Positions 49,303 to 59,271 of a DNA stretch of 64,000 bases are shown one piece after another. The position numbers were made by a program, and so were the translations under genes. The stretch's first letter is position 1. Every line of letters starts with the position of its first letter. Location: positions 512,001 through 576,000 of the forward strand of contig CBDAOB010000004.1 of the NCBI GenBank assembly GCA_965197905.1, read 5' to 3'. The DNA is from Candidatus Latescibacterota bacterium (GTDB lineage Bacteria > Latescibacterota > UBA2968 > UBA8231). The notes below the pieces were generated by a model. The model did not search any database and was not told the DNA's origin. It worked only from the letters and a program-made list of their open reading frames with translations.

Positions 49303-50394
49303 TCATTGTGCCGAAGGCCGGAGCCCTACGATCCATTGCTCAAGCGTGCGCAGCCCGGCGGCATCGAGGATCTCCGTGGCGATCGGAGGCATACCTCGCC
49401 TGAAGCGCCTGCTTCCATCCGCGCACCGAAAGAGCTGACTGGCCGAGGGCGATCCCGGGACCACGTAAGAACCTATGGAGGTTCTGTAGGTGGTAGTCAC
49501 GCCTGGGGTCGAGAGCGATGCGACTTGAAGCCAGAGATCAAGGTCCTCAGGGGGCTTGAAAAAACGTGCGTCGGTGGGACGCGCGCTATTGTGGCAACTC
49601 CCGCAGTTCGAGTGGAGATAGCCGAGCGCCTGCGACTCGGTCGGGTTTCCGGGTACGCGAACAGGCGACGTGGGTAGGTCGGAGAGCAAACCCTCGTCAG
49701 TCAGGCGACGAAGGGTGAGGTCGTCCGTCGAGACGGGCGCGTGACTGAGCTGAATCGCCGAAAACCCGAGGATGCGATGGGATCGACCACCGTGGCAGGC
49801 CGTGCAGGCTCTGGCCGACGGAACGTCGTGGGCGGTCCCCAGCACGTTTTCGACTCCGTCCGATCGGGCGACGGCCTCGGTCTGCTCCGCGTTCCACACG
49901 TACGCGACCCCCACCCAACCATCCGGATCGGAAGCCACGCGCGTGAGAAGCCGGGTCTCGAGACGCCGGTTGCCATGCGAGAACTCCTTCCACAATTGGG
50001 TGCCGATCGGAAACATCCATGAGTCCATGTCGGATGTATCGATCCGGCCGTCCGGCGGAAGTCGAATCCACCGCCGTTTATCGGCGCCGTCGCTCCACAG
50101 CTCGTACGCCGGCTCGAACGATCTGAGGTCGCCCGCGACTGTGTTCAGCGACTCGTCGGAATAGAGGCCAGCCCGCGATATTCGGTCAGGAAGATGCTTA
50201 ACACGCGGAGAGAGCGGGGGAAGCTTGTAGGCAGAGCACCCCAACACCGCCAGTGCTGCGAGCAGCGCCGAGGAGCACATGAGTGCCTTCACGTTCAGGC
50301 GATGTGTCACGGCCGAGTTAGCTCCACAGTCAAATGGCGAGGCGATGAACTGTACGACAATGTCCGCAGAAAAATGTGCGACTATCGCCCCCAC
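49303..50394 (-). CDS. di-heme cytochrome c-like lipoprotein (likely start near 50280)
   Basis: VLGC lipobox; LWSDGADKRRW, CTACH, CGSCH, MPP. Confidence 0.7.
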   Translation of the reverse strand: MGAIVAHFSADIVVQFIASPFDCGANSAVTHRLNVKALMCSSALLAALAVLGCSAYKLPPLSPRVKHLPDRISRAGLYSDESLNTVAGDLRSFEPAYELWSDGADKRRWIRLPPDGRIDTSDMDSWMFPIGTQLWKEFSHGNRRLETRLLTRVASDPDGWVGVAYVWNAEQTEAVARSDGVENVLGTAHDVPSARACTACHGGRSHRILGFSAIQLSHAPVSTDDLTLRRLTDEGLLSDLPTSPVRVPGNPTESQALGYLHSNCGSCHNSARPTDARFFKPPEDLDLWLQVASLSTPGVTTTYRTSIGSYVVPGSPSASQLFRCADGSRRFRRGMPPIATEILDAAGLRTLEQWIVGLRPSAQ

Positions 50395-50789
50395 GGTTAG
50401 CAGATCCAGCTTTCCCCCCCTCTTTCTCGCTTCGACCGAACCGACACCACTATTTCAATGTTTCGTCCATAGAATAGCTCCCTATTTCGGCTGTACCCAG
50501 GATAATCAGCGTGGCACATCTCAACCGTTCTTAAAGGGTATCTGCATGTACGAGCGTAAGTGCTTGTGAATATTGCTGATTTTACTCTGAAATAGCGTAT
50601 CTTAAAAGTATACAGATCGCCGAGCTCAGGGAGTACGCTAAGGTGCACACGAGATGTGAGGTCGAGCGGGCAAAGCGGTCAAAAGCCCATACCAAAACGA
50701 TGTCGGCCTTGCGCTGTCGAACGTCGCCCATCATGCGATCGAGTTCTGGTCGCTGCCTCGCGGCACCTGAGCAATGGTCAACGTATTCG

Positions 50790-50928
50790 CCTGCCCCGTG
50801 GATGCCGATACTTAGGTTGCCGGCATTGTTATGACCTGACCTATATCAGCTGCCAGGATAGCCACAAGTTCGACCGGTTGTATGCGTCGATTGGAGCAAG
50901 ACTGGGCCTGGATGGATCTACGCTTTAA
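50790..50928 (+). pseudogene. fragment of a Zn-finger-like hypothetical gene
   Basis: YLGCRHCYDLTYISCQDSHK motif without N-terminus. Confidence 0.4.
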
Positions 50929-50994
50929 TCTGGCAGGTCGAAAGCGATTAGCTGGAAACCTGAATCTCACGATACGCAACACCTGGAGATCGAA

Positions 50995-52575
50995 ATGGCT
51001 GACCAACGGCAGGAAATTCTCGAACGCGGCAGTTACTTTCCGGGCGATTGGGTGCGCCCGCGATTCAATCCCGGCACCTGGATGGCGATGGTGGACGTGA
51101 CGGAGATTTTTCCGGGCCACCGCGCCGGCACTCGTGATGGTCGTTATGTCCTCTTCGACGGGCCGATCGGTGTCAACCTGCGGGTGGAGGAGGCGCAGAA
51201 ATCGGCACCGTTTCTGGCTCCTGAAACAGAATGGGAAGAGGAAGGCCATTTGAGCCCCTCCTATATCTGGAACGAAGATGGGCGGCTTCACATGCTGTAC
51301 GAGGGCACAGGAAACGACACCTCCTGCTATGCCGTCAGCGAGGACGGTTACCATTGGGACCGCCCGGCGCTGGGTCTAACCGAGTTCAATGGGTCAACGG
51401 AAAACAACATCCTCAACATCCATGTACCCGCCAGCATCTTCGAAGATCCCTCGGCGCCACCCGCCGAGCGCTACAAGGCGATGGGCGGCAGAGGCGTCTG
51501 GGTCGACCGAGAAACCGGCGAGGAAGTAGACGCCGCCGCTGCAGACCCATGCTGGCGTGCCGAACAGTATGAAGGTCGAGCCTATACCGGTCGCAAGGTG
51601 GTGTTGAAGGGGGTAATGGAGGGCTACACCTCGCCCGACCGCCTGTGCTGGACCAAGATCGCCGAACCGCTCGCCAACTATTCGGTCAACGGCAGTCTTT
51701 CCCCTGGCTACGACGAAGACAACAAGACCTACTTCGCGTTTATGCAGCCCCAGGGAGTCGCTCCCTCAGAGCCGGGTCTGGGCGCCGGTGTCCCCGAGAC
51801 CGAGGTGGTGCGGCGCGCGATCGGGCTGGCGCGGACGAAGGATTTCCGCCACTGGCCGGCGCCCAAGCTCTTGATCCATCCGGACGCACAAGACCCGTTG
51901 GACATATCGTTCTACGGGCCGTCCTACTCGGTCTATCCGGGACGGCGGGATCTGCACGTCATGATCCTCACGGTTTTCCATCAGGTCACCAGCCACACGG
52001 ATCTGCAAATCGCCTTCAGTCGCGACGGTCAGGTGTGGACGCGGCCCGAACGCCGGGCCGTCGCCAAGGTTGGCCCGAGGGGAAGCGGCGAAGATTGCGG
52101 GCTTTACGCATGGCGGCATGGTCTGGTGGAGCTTCCCGATGGTTGTTGGGCCGTACATTACCAGGGGTTTTCAATCCTGCACACTTCCGGTCCCGCTTTT
52201 TTCCCGAAGGCCAAGCCGATCCAGAACCATTGGGCCTGCTGGCGCCCGCATCGGCTCTGCGGCGTCGAGGCCGAGAGCAAAGGACGATTCACCGTTCCCA
52301 CGGTGTTTCGCCGGGAAGACGAGCTGCACCTGAACTACCGGTGTGCTCCCGGTGGCTGGATCAGCGTCGAGCTGCTGCAGCTCGTTCCCTCAAAGAACTG
52401 TCCCGACGTGGAGCCCCTCGAGGGGTTCACCTTCGCGACCTGCGACCGGCTGACGGGAGACGAGGAAGACCAGGTCGTTACCTGGAGAGGAAGCAGCGAT
52501 ATATCCAGCGTGGGTGAGATGGCGGCGATTCGCATCAAGATGTTTCAGGCGAAGCTGTTCGCCTATAGGATGTAG
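50995..52575 (+). CDS. beta-propeller glycoside-hydrolase-like protein (paralog 3 of 3)
   Basis: colinear with 23271..24851 (WPAPKL, WRPHRLCG, LNYRCAPGGWI, KMFQAKLFAY). Confidence 0.7.
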   Translation: MADQRQEILERGSYFPGDWVRPRFNPGTWMAMVDVTEIFPGHRAGTRDGRYVLFDGPIGVNLRVEEAQKSAPFLAPETEWEEEGHLSPSYIWNEDGRLHMLYEGTGNDTSCYAVSEDGYHWDRPALGLTEFNGSTENNILNIHVPASIFEDPSAPPAERYKAMGGRGVWVDRETGEEVDAAAADPCWRAEQYEGRAYTGRKVVLKGVMEGYTSPDRLCWTKIAEPLANYSVNGSLSPGYDEDNKTYFAFMQPQGVAPSEPGLGAGVPETEVVRRAIGLARTKDFRHWPAPKLLIHPDAQDPLDISFYGPSYSVYPGRRDLHVMILTVFHQVTSHTDLQIAFSRDGQVWTRPERRAVAKVGPRGSGEDCGLYAWRHGLVELPDGCWAVHYQGFSILHTSGPAFFPKAKPIQNHWACWRPHRLCGVEAESKGRFTVPTVFRREDELHLNYRCAPGGWISVELLQLVPSKNCPDVEPLEGFTFATCDRLTGDEEDQVVTWRGSSDISSVGEMAAIRIKMFQAKLFAYRM

Positions 52576-52782
52576 AACCGCTCCCGACCGGGAGCAACGG
52601 CTGGGCAGCGGCGAAGGCAAGGGCCGTGGCTGGGGCTGGACCTGGTTCGGGGACTTGGGCAATGGCGGGAACGGAGGCAATGGAGGGGGCGGGGGAGAGT
52701 AGCCGAGCCTAACGCTCTACTCCTTCACATGTAGGCTTTCGATACAAGGGAGCAGTAGCATTCCCGGCGACGCCGTCCGTCA

Positions 52783-53754
52783 GTGAAAGGACCGATTTGT
52801 ATGTCCATTCTAAGAGCCAGGATGTTGGTGTTGGGTCTCGGGCTGGCGGCGACGGGGTGCACGAAGTCGGGCACCTCACCCGACCCGGTCGAGGCACAGC
52901 AAGCGGGTCCCAACGTGTTGGTGTTTGGTGATTGGGGCTTTAGTGCCACCCCCAGTACGGATGTGGGGCAGGACCAACTTCGGGTGGCCCAGGCGATGAT
53001 TGCCGAGTGTGCCAGCATCGGTTGCGATGTTGCCCTGACAGTGGGCGACAACTTCTACCCTCGCGGGGTCACCAGCACCTCCGATGCGCAGTGGGAGGCC
53101 AGATTCGAAGACGTCTACTTCCCCCAGGGAGCCCCCACTCTCGGGGCTGTGGTGCGCCCCATTCTGGGAGACAAGGACAAGAACGGCAATATCCAAGCTC
53201 AGTACGACTATTCCAGTGTCAGCGCGAACTGGGACATGCCCAACCGCTATTACACGTTTTCCGAAGGCGAAGTGGATTTCTTCGCCGTGGACAACCTGGA
53301 TCTCGATGATGAGCAACTGGCGTGGCTGGCCCAGGTCTTGAGCGAGTCCAGGGCCCTGTGGAAAGTCGTGTACGGCCACAACCCCATTTACAGCAACGTC
53401 GTGTTCCGCGACGGCCGCTCAGGGTACGTGAACCGAGAATCTGTGCAGGCATTGCTGCCTTTGTTGTGCAAGCATGCAGATCTCTATCTGGCCGGTAGCT
53501 CCCACCACGGTGAAGTACTCCTCACCGAATGCGGCCTGCACCTGGTGGTCCAGGGAGGTGGCGGTGCGGGGTTGCTCGACATAAACACCGAGGGCGAACG
53601 CAACCTGTTTGGAGCAAAGACGTTCGGGTTTACGGTGTTGGCGTTCGGCGAGGATGAGATGAAAATCCGGATGCACAACGATGCCAACGAGATGCTTTAC
53701 ACAATGTCGCTGCCTGCAAGGAAGAGCCTTGGCGAGATAGCGAATGCCCACTAA
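52783..53754 (+). CDS. purple/tartrate-resistant acid phosphatase-like lipoprotein
   Basis: ATGC lipobox; GDWG, GDNFYPRG, WKVVYGHNP; GNHD and GHDH motifs altered. Confidence 0.8.
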   Translation: MKGPICMSILRARMLVLGLGLAATGCTKSGTSPDPVEAQQAGPNVLVFGDWGFSATPSTDVGQDQLRVAQAMIAECASIGCDVALTVGDNFYPRGVTSTSDAQWEARFEDVYFPQGAPTLGAVVRPILGDKDKNGNIQAQYDYSSVSANWDMPNRYYTFSEGEVDFFAVDNLDLDDEQLAWLAQVLSESRALWKVVYGHNPIYSNVVFRDGRSGYVNRESVQALLPLLCKHADLYLAGSSHHGEVLLTECGLHLVVQGGGGAGLLDINTEGERNLFGAKTFGFTVLAFGEDEMKIRMHNDANEMLYTMSLPARKSLGEIANAH

Positions 53755-53837
53755 GCGCGAAGCCTACAACAACCTGCCGCCTGAAAGCCAGCGATGCTTC
53801 CGCTTAGTCTGCATCGAGTGGGCCAAGAGATTCGCCG

Positions 53838-54014
53838 ATGTTTCTTGACTCACCAGAGGCCGAAGATGAGTTCATCGATTTTGTGCTGGATGCCATCGAA
53901 AACGGCGACATGATCCTGCAAATCGGCGGGAAGGGTGAGGACGCTGGTTGGAGCCTGGTGACGACGGAGAAGGGGAAGCGGATGGTACAGCGGGTCAATG
54001 CGGAGATGAACTGA
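53838..54014 (+). CDS. small hypothetical protein (58 aa)
   Basis: MFLDSPEAEDEFIDFVLDAIENGD...VNAEMN*, coding-like composition; below the ORF-track cutoff. Confidence 0.35.
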   Translation: MFLDSPEAEDEFIDFVLDAIENGDMILQIGGKGEDAGWSLVTTEKGKRMVQRVNAEMN

Positions 54015-54288
54015 CGAGGATTCCATGCCAAATATGTCTGCCGGCCTGACGAAGTCTGTTGCTTCTCGATAGGAGAGCAGCCAGAACGATGCCGCTTTTC
54101 TCCTGCCTCTGCATACGCTGTATTGCCTCCAACCCGCCCGCCCGGCAGCTCAGCCGAATGCGTTGTCTCGAACCGTCCGCTACCGACCCAGTATATTGAT
54201 CCCAAGCAACCTCACCCCAACTAAATCAAGTACTTAAGAGTCGATATCTGCACGCCGGGCCACGTAGTATATTGATCTCAGGCACTTT

Positions 54289-54351
54289 GTTGGCCGCCAG
54301 CACTCCCCGTGGTAGCGGATCAGGTGCAGCCGTGGTGGCGGCAACAGGATC
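54289..54351 (-). mobile_element. short internal fragment of an IS91-family transposase
   Basis: LLPPPRLHLIRYHG(+1)VLAAN, the conserved segment that follows WSDGTT in IS91/ISCR transposases. Confidence 0.7.
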
Positions 54352-54653
54352 GGCTCGTCTTCCGATCGCAAAAGCATGCTGACCAGCACCTCCGCCAGTT
54401 CGGGACGGACCGTCGAGCTGCCCCGATCTTCAAACGCCGCGACAATCGGCTCGACAGCATCTTCCCCGGCGAGGATCAGCTCGTGTTTGGCGAGCGCGCG
54501 CTCATCCGGTCCGCCACTGAGCTTGTCGATGCTGTTGTCTACCGGTGAGCCGCATGCGGCGAGGTAGAGGGCTGCCGCTGCAAGACAAATTCTCCTTCGT
54601 GCGATTGTGGTCGTCGCACAGCTCCGTGGACGAGAAAACAGATGTTCGGTCAT
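54352..54653 (-). pseudogene. 3'-truncated copy of the HEAT-TPR-CBM9 lipoprotein
   Basis: closely similar to the 5' part of 54709..56148; cut after LLRSEDE. Confidence 0.85.
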
Positions 54654-54708
54654 GACAGCCCGACTCTCTGTGTCTCGTTGAAGCGACTGGGGTAAATTAC
54701 CGCCGATC

Positions 54709-56148
54709 TCATTGGAATAGCAAATATCCGGTTGCAACGAGATTGTCGTAGCCACGAAACGGTTGACTCCACTCGATCGTGCGAAACATGCGGACGAAAT
54801 CTATGCCCGAAGTTTCACCCGGAACGGGCCTGGAGTCTCGCTTCGCGTCCCAGCGAAATTCAAACTCTACGGACCAGAAGTCTTCGCCGATATGGGTGGC
54901 TGCACTCCCCGCTGCATCCCAAGCGTGGTCGCGCGGCAGGTTTCTGCCATAGTCGTCGCGAGCATCCATCACAAGTCCTGCAACGTTCACCATAGCTCGG
55001 GAGATCGTCTTGCCGTCAAGGTTGCGATCGAAACGAAAGCCGACCATGTCCTGGTCGCTGTAGCTAGAACCGTCCTGGAACGGCAAGACCACCAGGCTTT
55101 CGGGGTGGGCGTCGAAACAGTGGGCTCCCCAATAAAGCGCCTCATCGGAATAGCCTAACCTAACGCGAGTTTGGACCAAAGGTGAAAGTGACGTGCGCGA
55201 TGGCCCGTGAGTGTAGAAGGAATCGATTCTGGCGGCACCTCGCCAGACCTCATCGTCCAATCGTCCATCAATCTTCGGTGCGCTGGCGAACCGAGGCACG
55301 TCAAATAGCAAGTGGTTCTCGCGCAACAATTGCACACCCCGTTCTCGATCACTGTACTCCAGATAGAACCGGCCCAGATAGTAGTTGGCCTGTTTGCTCG
55401 CAGGGGCGTATCGCAGCGCCACGTTATAGATGGAATCTGCCCCCGCAAGCTCGGCTTTGAGGACCGCCTCCCGAGCCTCCTGTGCCCAGCGGGCGACGTA
55501 TTCCTCCACGAGGTAGAGCGCCGCTTCCCTAACTGGTTTCTCCTCTGACTTCGCATGTTCGCCGGCGAGCCGGCGCAACGTTTTGGTCTGCTCGTCATTC
55601 AACCTGCCGAGGAGGTTGCTCATGGCGAGCAGGATTGGGGTTTGGACTAGCGGCGAAGGGTCGGAAAGGGCCTGCAGGAAAACGTCGTAGTACTCGGACC
55701 GCAGTCGAAGCCCGAGCTTGTCGGCGATCCGTCCGCGCACTCGTGGGTCGGGATCTTCGAGCAGATGGTTCTGGAGCACGGTCCAGATCCGTTCGTTTTC
55801 CGATCGCAAAAGCATGCTGACCAGCACCTCCGCCAACTCGGGACGGACCTCCGAGCTTCCGGGATCTTCAATTGCCGCGACGATCGGCTCGACGGCGTCT
55901 TTCCCAGCGAGGATCAGCTCGTGTTTGGCGAACGCGCGCTCGTCGGGACCCCCGCTGAGCTTGTCGATGCTATCGTCTACCGGTGAGCCGCATGCGGCGA
56001 GGAAGACAGCGACCGCTACAAGACGGATTCCCTTCTGTGCGATTGTGGTCGCCGCACAGTTCCCGGGACGAGAAAACAGATGTTCGGTCATGACAGCCCG
56101 ACTTTCTGTATCGTTGAAGCGACTGGCGTAAATTACCGCCGATCTCAT
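54709..56148 (-). CDS. lipoprotein with HEAT repeats, TPR and C-terminal CBM9/DOMON-like domain
   Basis: LAAC lipobox; DPDPRVRGRIADKLG; ANYYLGRFY; APKIDGRLDDEVW...YSDEALYWG. Confidence 0.75.
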   Translation of the reverse strand: MRSAVIYASRFNDTESRAVMTEHLFSRPGNCAATTIAQKGIRLVAVAVFLAACGSPVDDSIDKLSGGPDERAFAKHELILAGKDAVEPIVAAIEDPGSSEVRPELAEVLVSMLLRSENERIWTVLQNHLLEDPDPRVRGRIADKLGLRLRSEYYDVFLQALSDPSPLVQTPILLAMSNLLGRLNDEQTKTLRRLAGEHAKSEEKPVREAALYLVEEYVARWAQEAREAVLKAELAGADSIYNVALRYAPASKQANYYLGRFYLEYSDRERGVQLLRENHLLFDVPRFASAPKIDGRLDDEVWRGAARIDSFYTHGPSRTSLSPLVQTRVRLGYSDEALYWGAHCFDAHPESLVVLPFQDGSSYSDQDMVGFRFDRNLDGKTISRAMVNVAGLVMDARDDYGRNLPRDHAWDAAGSAATHIGEDFWSVEFEFRWDAKRDSRPVPGETSGIDFVRMFRTIEWSQPFRGYDNLVATGYLLFQ

Positions 56149-57545
56149 TGAAAGAGAATGTACCCTGTTGCGTCCCGGCCATCGTAGCCGCGAAATGCTT
56201 CGCTATACTCCGCTGCCCGGAACAAGCGGGTAAGATCTATATTAGCCATTTCTCCTGCGTGCGGTCGTGGGTGGTATTCCGGGTCCCACCGGAGCTCGAA
56301 TTCGACCGACCAAAAGTCGTTTCCTACATAGGCCGCGGCGCTACCGTCTGCGTTCCAGGAGTAATCTCGCTGGTCGCTCTCACCGTAGCCGCTCCAGCCG
56401 TCTCTCACTGCACCGGCGCTGTTTACGGATACGAAGGAGACCGTCTTCCCATCCATGTTGCGGTCAAAACGGAAGGTGACTCGGTCGTGGCGCTCGGAAC
56501 CCACCTCGTCATCGAACGGAATGACCATCAAGCTTTCGGGGTGGGAGTCGAAGCAGTGCATACCCCAGTAGAACGCCTCGTCCGTGTAACCTATGACTGC
56601 GTAGGTTTGCTCGCGGGGTTGCAAGGTTGTTCGGGATCGGGGGAAGTGGGAGTAGAACGAATCTATCCTGACAGCTGCTCTCCAAACCTCATCGTCCAAC
56701 TTTCCGTCGATCTGTGGCGCGGTTGCGAACCGAGGCACGTCCAACAGCAGCTCTTTGTCGCGCAACAACTGCATACCTCTGTCTCGATCACCGTACTCCA
56801 GATAGAACCTACCCAGATAATAGCTGGCCTGTCTGCTCGCAGGGGCGTACTCTAGCGCCACGTTATAGATGGAATCTGCCCCAGCAAGCTCGACCTCGAG
56901 AACGGCCTGCTCCGCCTCCCGTGCCCAGCCGCCGACGAACTCCTCCACGAGGTAGAGCGCCGCCTCTTTAACTGCCTTCTCTTCTGACCTCGCATGCTGG
57001 CTGGCGAGACGGCGCAGCATCTCGGTCTGTTGCTCATTCAACTTGCCGAGGAGGTTGCCCATGGCGAGGAGGATGGGCGTCTGCACCGCGGGGGATGGAT
57101 CGGACAGGGCTTGCAGGAAAACGTCGAAGTACTGAGACCGCAGTCGAAGCCCGAGTTTGTCAGCGATGCGGCCCCGCACCCGTGGATCGGGATCTTTGAG
57201 CAGATGGTTCTGGAGCGCGGCCCAGATCCGCTCGTCTTCCGATCGCAGGAGCATGCTGACCAGCACCTCCGCCAATTCGGGACGAACCTTCGACCTGCCC
57301 GGTTCTTCAAACGCCGCGACAATCGGCTCGACAGCGTCTTTTCCGGCGAGGATCAGCTCGTGTCTGGCTTGCGCGCGTTCAACCGGACCGCCACTGAGAC
57401 TGTCGATGCTGTCCTCTAAAGAGGAACCGCAGGCAGCGAGGCAAAGAGCTGTGGCCCAGATCACCTTGCGGGTGGGCGCGCTATTGCAACATATCCACTG
57501 CGGTTTATGATGTTGTCCTCTGCCAGGCACGAAGCGTTCGCACAT
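56145..57545 (-). CDS. HEAT-TPR-CBM9-like lipoprotein (tandem paralog)
   Basis: same architecture; LAAC; APQIDGKLDDEVW. Confidence 0.75.
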   Translation of the reverse strand: MCERFVPGRGQHHKPQWICCNSAPTRKVIWATALCLAACGSSLEDSIDSLSGGPVERAQARHELILAGKDAVEPIVAAFEEPGRSKVRPELAEVLVSMLLRSEDERIWAALQNHLLKDPDPRVRGRIADKLGLRLRSQYFDVFLQALSDPSPAVQTPILLAMGNLLGKLNEQQTEMLRRLASQHARSEEKAVKEAALYLVEEFVGGWAREAEQAVLEVELAGADSIYNVALEYAPASRQASYYLGRFYLEYGDRDRGMQLLRDKELLLDVPRFATAPQIDGKLDDEVWRAAVRIDSFYSHFPRSRTTLQPREQTYAVIGYTDEAFYWGMHCFDSHPESLMVIPFDDEVGSERHDRVTFRFDRNMDGKTVSFVSVNSAGAVRDGWSGYGESDQRDYSWNADGSAAAYVGNDFWSVEFELRWDPEYHPRPHAGEMANIDLTRLFRAAEYSEAFRGYDGRDATGYILFQ

Positions 57546-57586
57546 ATGCTTTCAGCGTCGTCGACGAGGTCGGTTTACAGTCAATC

Positions 57587-58966
57587 TCATTGATAGACCA
57601 CGTAGCCAGTCGCCTTGGTAAAGTCATATCCGGGAAAGGTCTGGCTGTACTCGACAGCACGGTACACGCGCATAATGTCTATGCCCGAGATATCACCCGG
57701 TACCGGAGGAGGGTGGTATTTCGGGTCCCAGCGAAGCTCGAATTCGACAGACCAGAAATCGTCGCCGACGTAGGCCGCCGCGCTCCCCTCCGCGTCCCAA
57801 GCGTAGTCGCGCTGCTGACTCTTGTTGAAGTCGTTCCATCCGTCTCTTACGACTCCCGCGCCATTCACAGTCACGAGGGATATTGTCTTCCTGTCCAGGT
57901 TGCGATCGAACCAGAACATGATCCTGTCGTGACGCTCGCCACCGGTCAGGTCATCGTACGGTAGGACCATCAGGCTTTCGGGGTGGGCGTCGAAGAGATG
58001 TACACCCCAGTACATCGCCTCATCGGTATAGCCGATGAATGCGTTAGTCTGAACTCGGGGTTGTAGCGTTGTTCGCAATCCCCCGGCATGGGTGTAGAAG
58101 GAATCTATCCTGGCGGCATTCTCCCAAACCGGATCGTCCAACCTTCCGTCGATCTGCGGAGCATTGGAAAATCGGGGTGCATCGACGAGGAGACGCTTCT
58201 CTCGCAACAGCTGCAGCCCGCGTGCCCGGTCACCGAACTCGAGATAGAAGGTGCCCATGTAGTAGTTTGCCTGTTTGCTCGCGGGAGCGTAGGCGAGTGC
58301 TACGTTGTAGATGGAATCTGCCGCCGCGAGATCGGCCTTCAGGGCCGCCGCCCTGGCTTTCTGCGCCCAGCGGCCGACAAATTCCTCCACGAGGTACAAC
58401 GCGGCGTCCCGAACCGGTTGTTCCGGTGCTCCGGCGCGCTGGCGGGCGAGCTGGCGCAAGAGTTCGGTCTGTTCGTCGCTCAACCGGCCGAGCACGTTGG
58501 CCAATGCGAGCAATGCGGGAGCTTGCACCAGAGGTGATGGATCGGAAACCGCCTGAAGAAAAAGGTCGAAAAATTCGGATCGCGAGTAGAGTCCGAGCTC
58601 TTCGGCAATGCGTCCTCGTACGGCCGAGTCAGGATCGTCGAGCAGATGTTTCTCTAGCACACCCGCGATTCGCTCGTCGCTCGACCGCACCATTATGCCC
58701 ACCAGGATGTCGGCTACCTCGGCACGGTCCAGCCTGTCGTCTAGCGATTCCAGCGCTGAGATAAGTGGACCAACGGCTTCATCGGAAGCCAAAACGAGCT
58801 CGTGTCTCGCAGCCTCACGCTCATCGGGGCCGGCCCCGAGATCCTCGATGCGGTTTTCTATCGATGTTTCGCAGGAGAGGACAAAACCAAGCGCCGCAGT
58901 TGCAACGATACCGTTCCGTGCGGCTATTACGCGGAAATGGTATTGAGGAATAGCCAGCAATCTCAT
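57587..58966 (-). CDS. HEAT-TPR-CBM9-like lipoprotein (tandem paralog)
   Basis: ATG 58966 overlaps the upstream TGA; VLSC lipobox; APQIDGRLDDPVW. Confidence 0.75.
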   Translation of the reverse strand: MRLLAIPQYHFRVIAARNGIVATAALGFVLSCETSIENRIEDLGAGPDEREAARHELVLASDEAVGPLISALESLDDRLDRAEVADILVGIMVRSSDERIAGVLEKHLLDDPDSAVRGRIAEELGLYSRSEFFDLFLQAVSDPSPLVQAPALLALANVLGRLSDEQTELLRQLARQRAGAPEQPVRDAALYLVEEFVGRWAQKARAAALKADLAAADSIYNVALAYAPASKQANYYMGTFYLEFGDRARGLQLLREKRLLVDAPRFSNAPQIDGRLDDPVWENAARIDSFYTHAGGLRTTLQPRVQTNAFIGYTDEAMYWGVHLFDAHPESLMVLPYDDLTGGERHDRIMFWFDRNLDRKTISLVTVNGAGVVRDGWNDFNKSQQRDYAWDAEGSAAAYVGDDFWSVEFELRWDPKYHPPPVPGDISGIDIMRVYRAVEYSQTFPGYDFTKATGYVVYQ

Positions 58967-59022
58967 TGATAGACCAGGTATCCAGCGCATAGCGGTTGTC
59001 ATATCCGGCAAAGGCCTGGCTT
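58963..59022 (-). pseudogene. C-terminal remnant of a fifth array copy
   Basis: SQAFAGYDNRYA(-1)GYLVYQ* versus SQTFPGYDFTKATGYVVYQ* in the neighbour. Confidence 0.7.
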
Positions 59023-59065
59023 CTTCAGAGGACAGAGCCCGTTAGATTCAAGGAATTGCGCTAAT

Positions 59066-59271
59066 CAAGAATAGGGTAAACAAATGGCATTACGGTTAAT
59101 AGCGGCAAGGAGGCGGGTTGCGGTGGGGCGATTTATTGGGTCGTTTGACGGGCGTGGCGGCGCGCGACCTGGGCGTGCGGGGTGGATTTCGGTTCCTGAA
59201 CGGGCTGTAGACGCTAGGTCACCGCGGGACAGGTACACTTCACCCGCGGACCCGTGAGCGCGTCAGGCGTA
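59066..59271 (-). mobile_element. more diverged IS91/ISCR-like 3' end
   Basis: TACGCCTGA (YA*) then GCGGGTGAAGTGTACCTG...CGTTCAGG..CCGAAAT, ending TTTGTTTACCCTATTC; parallels 2278..2493. Confidence 0.5.

Noticed and set aside
54289..59022. Diversity-generating retroelement behind the lipoprotein variation
   Set aside because: No reverse transcriptase and no template repeat with adenine-specific differences seen; whole genes are duplicated
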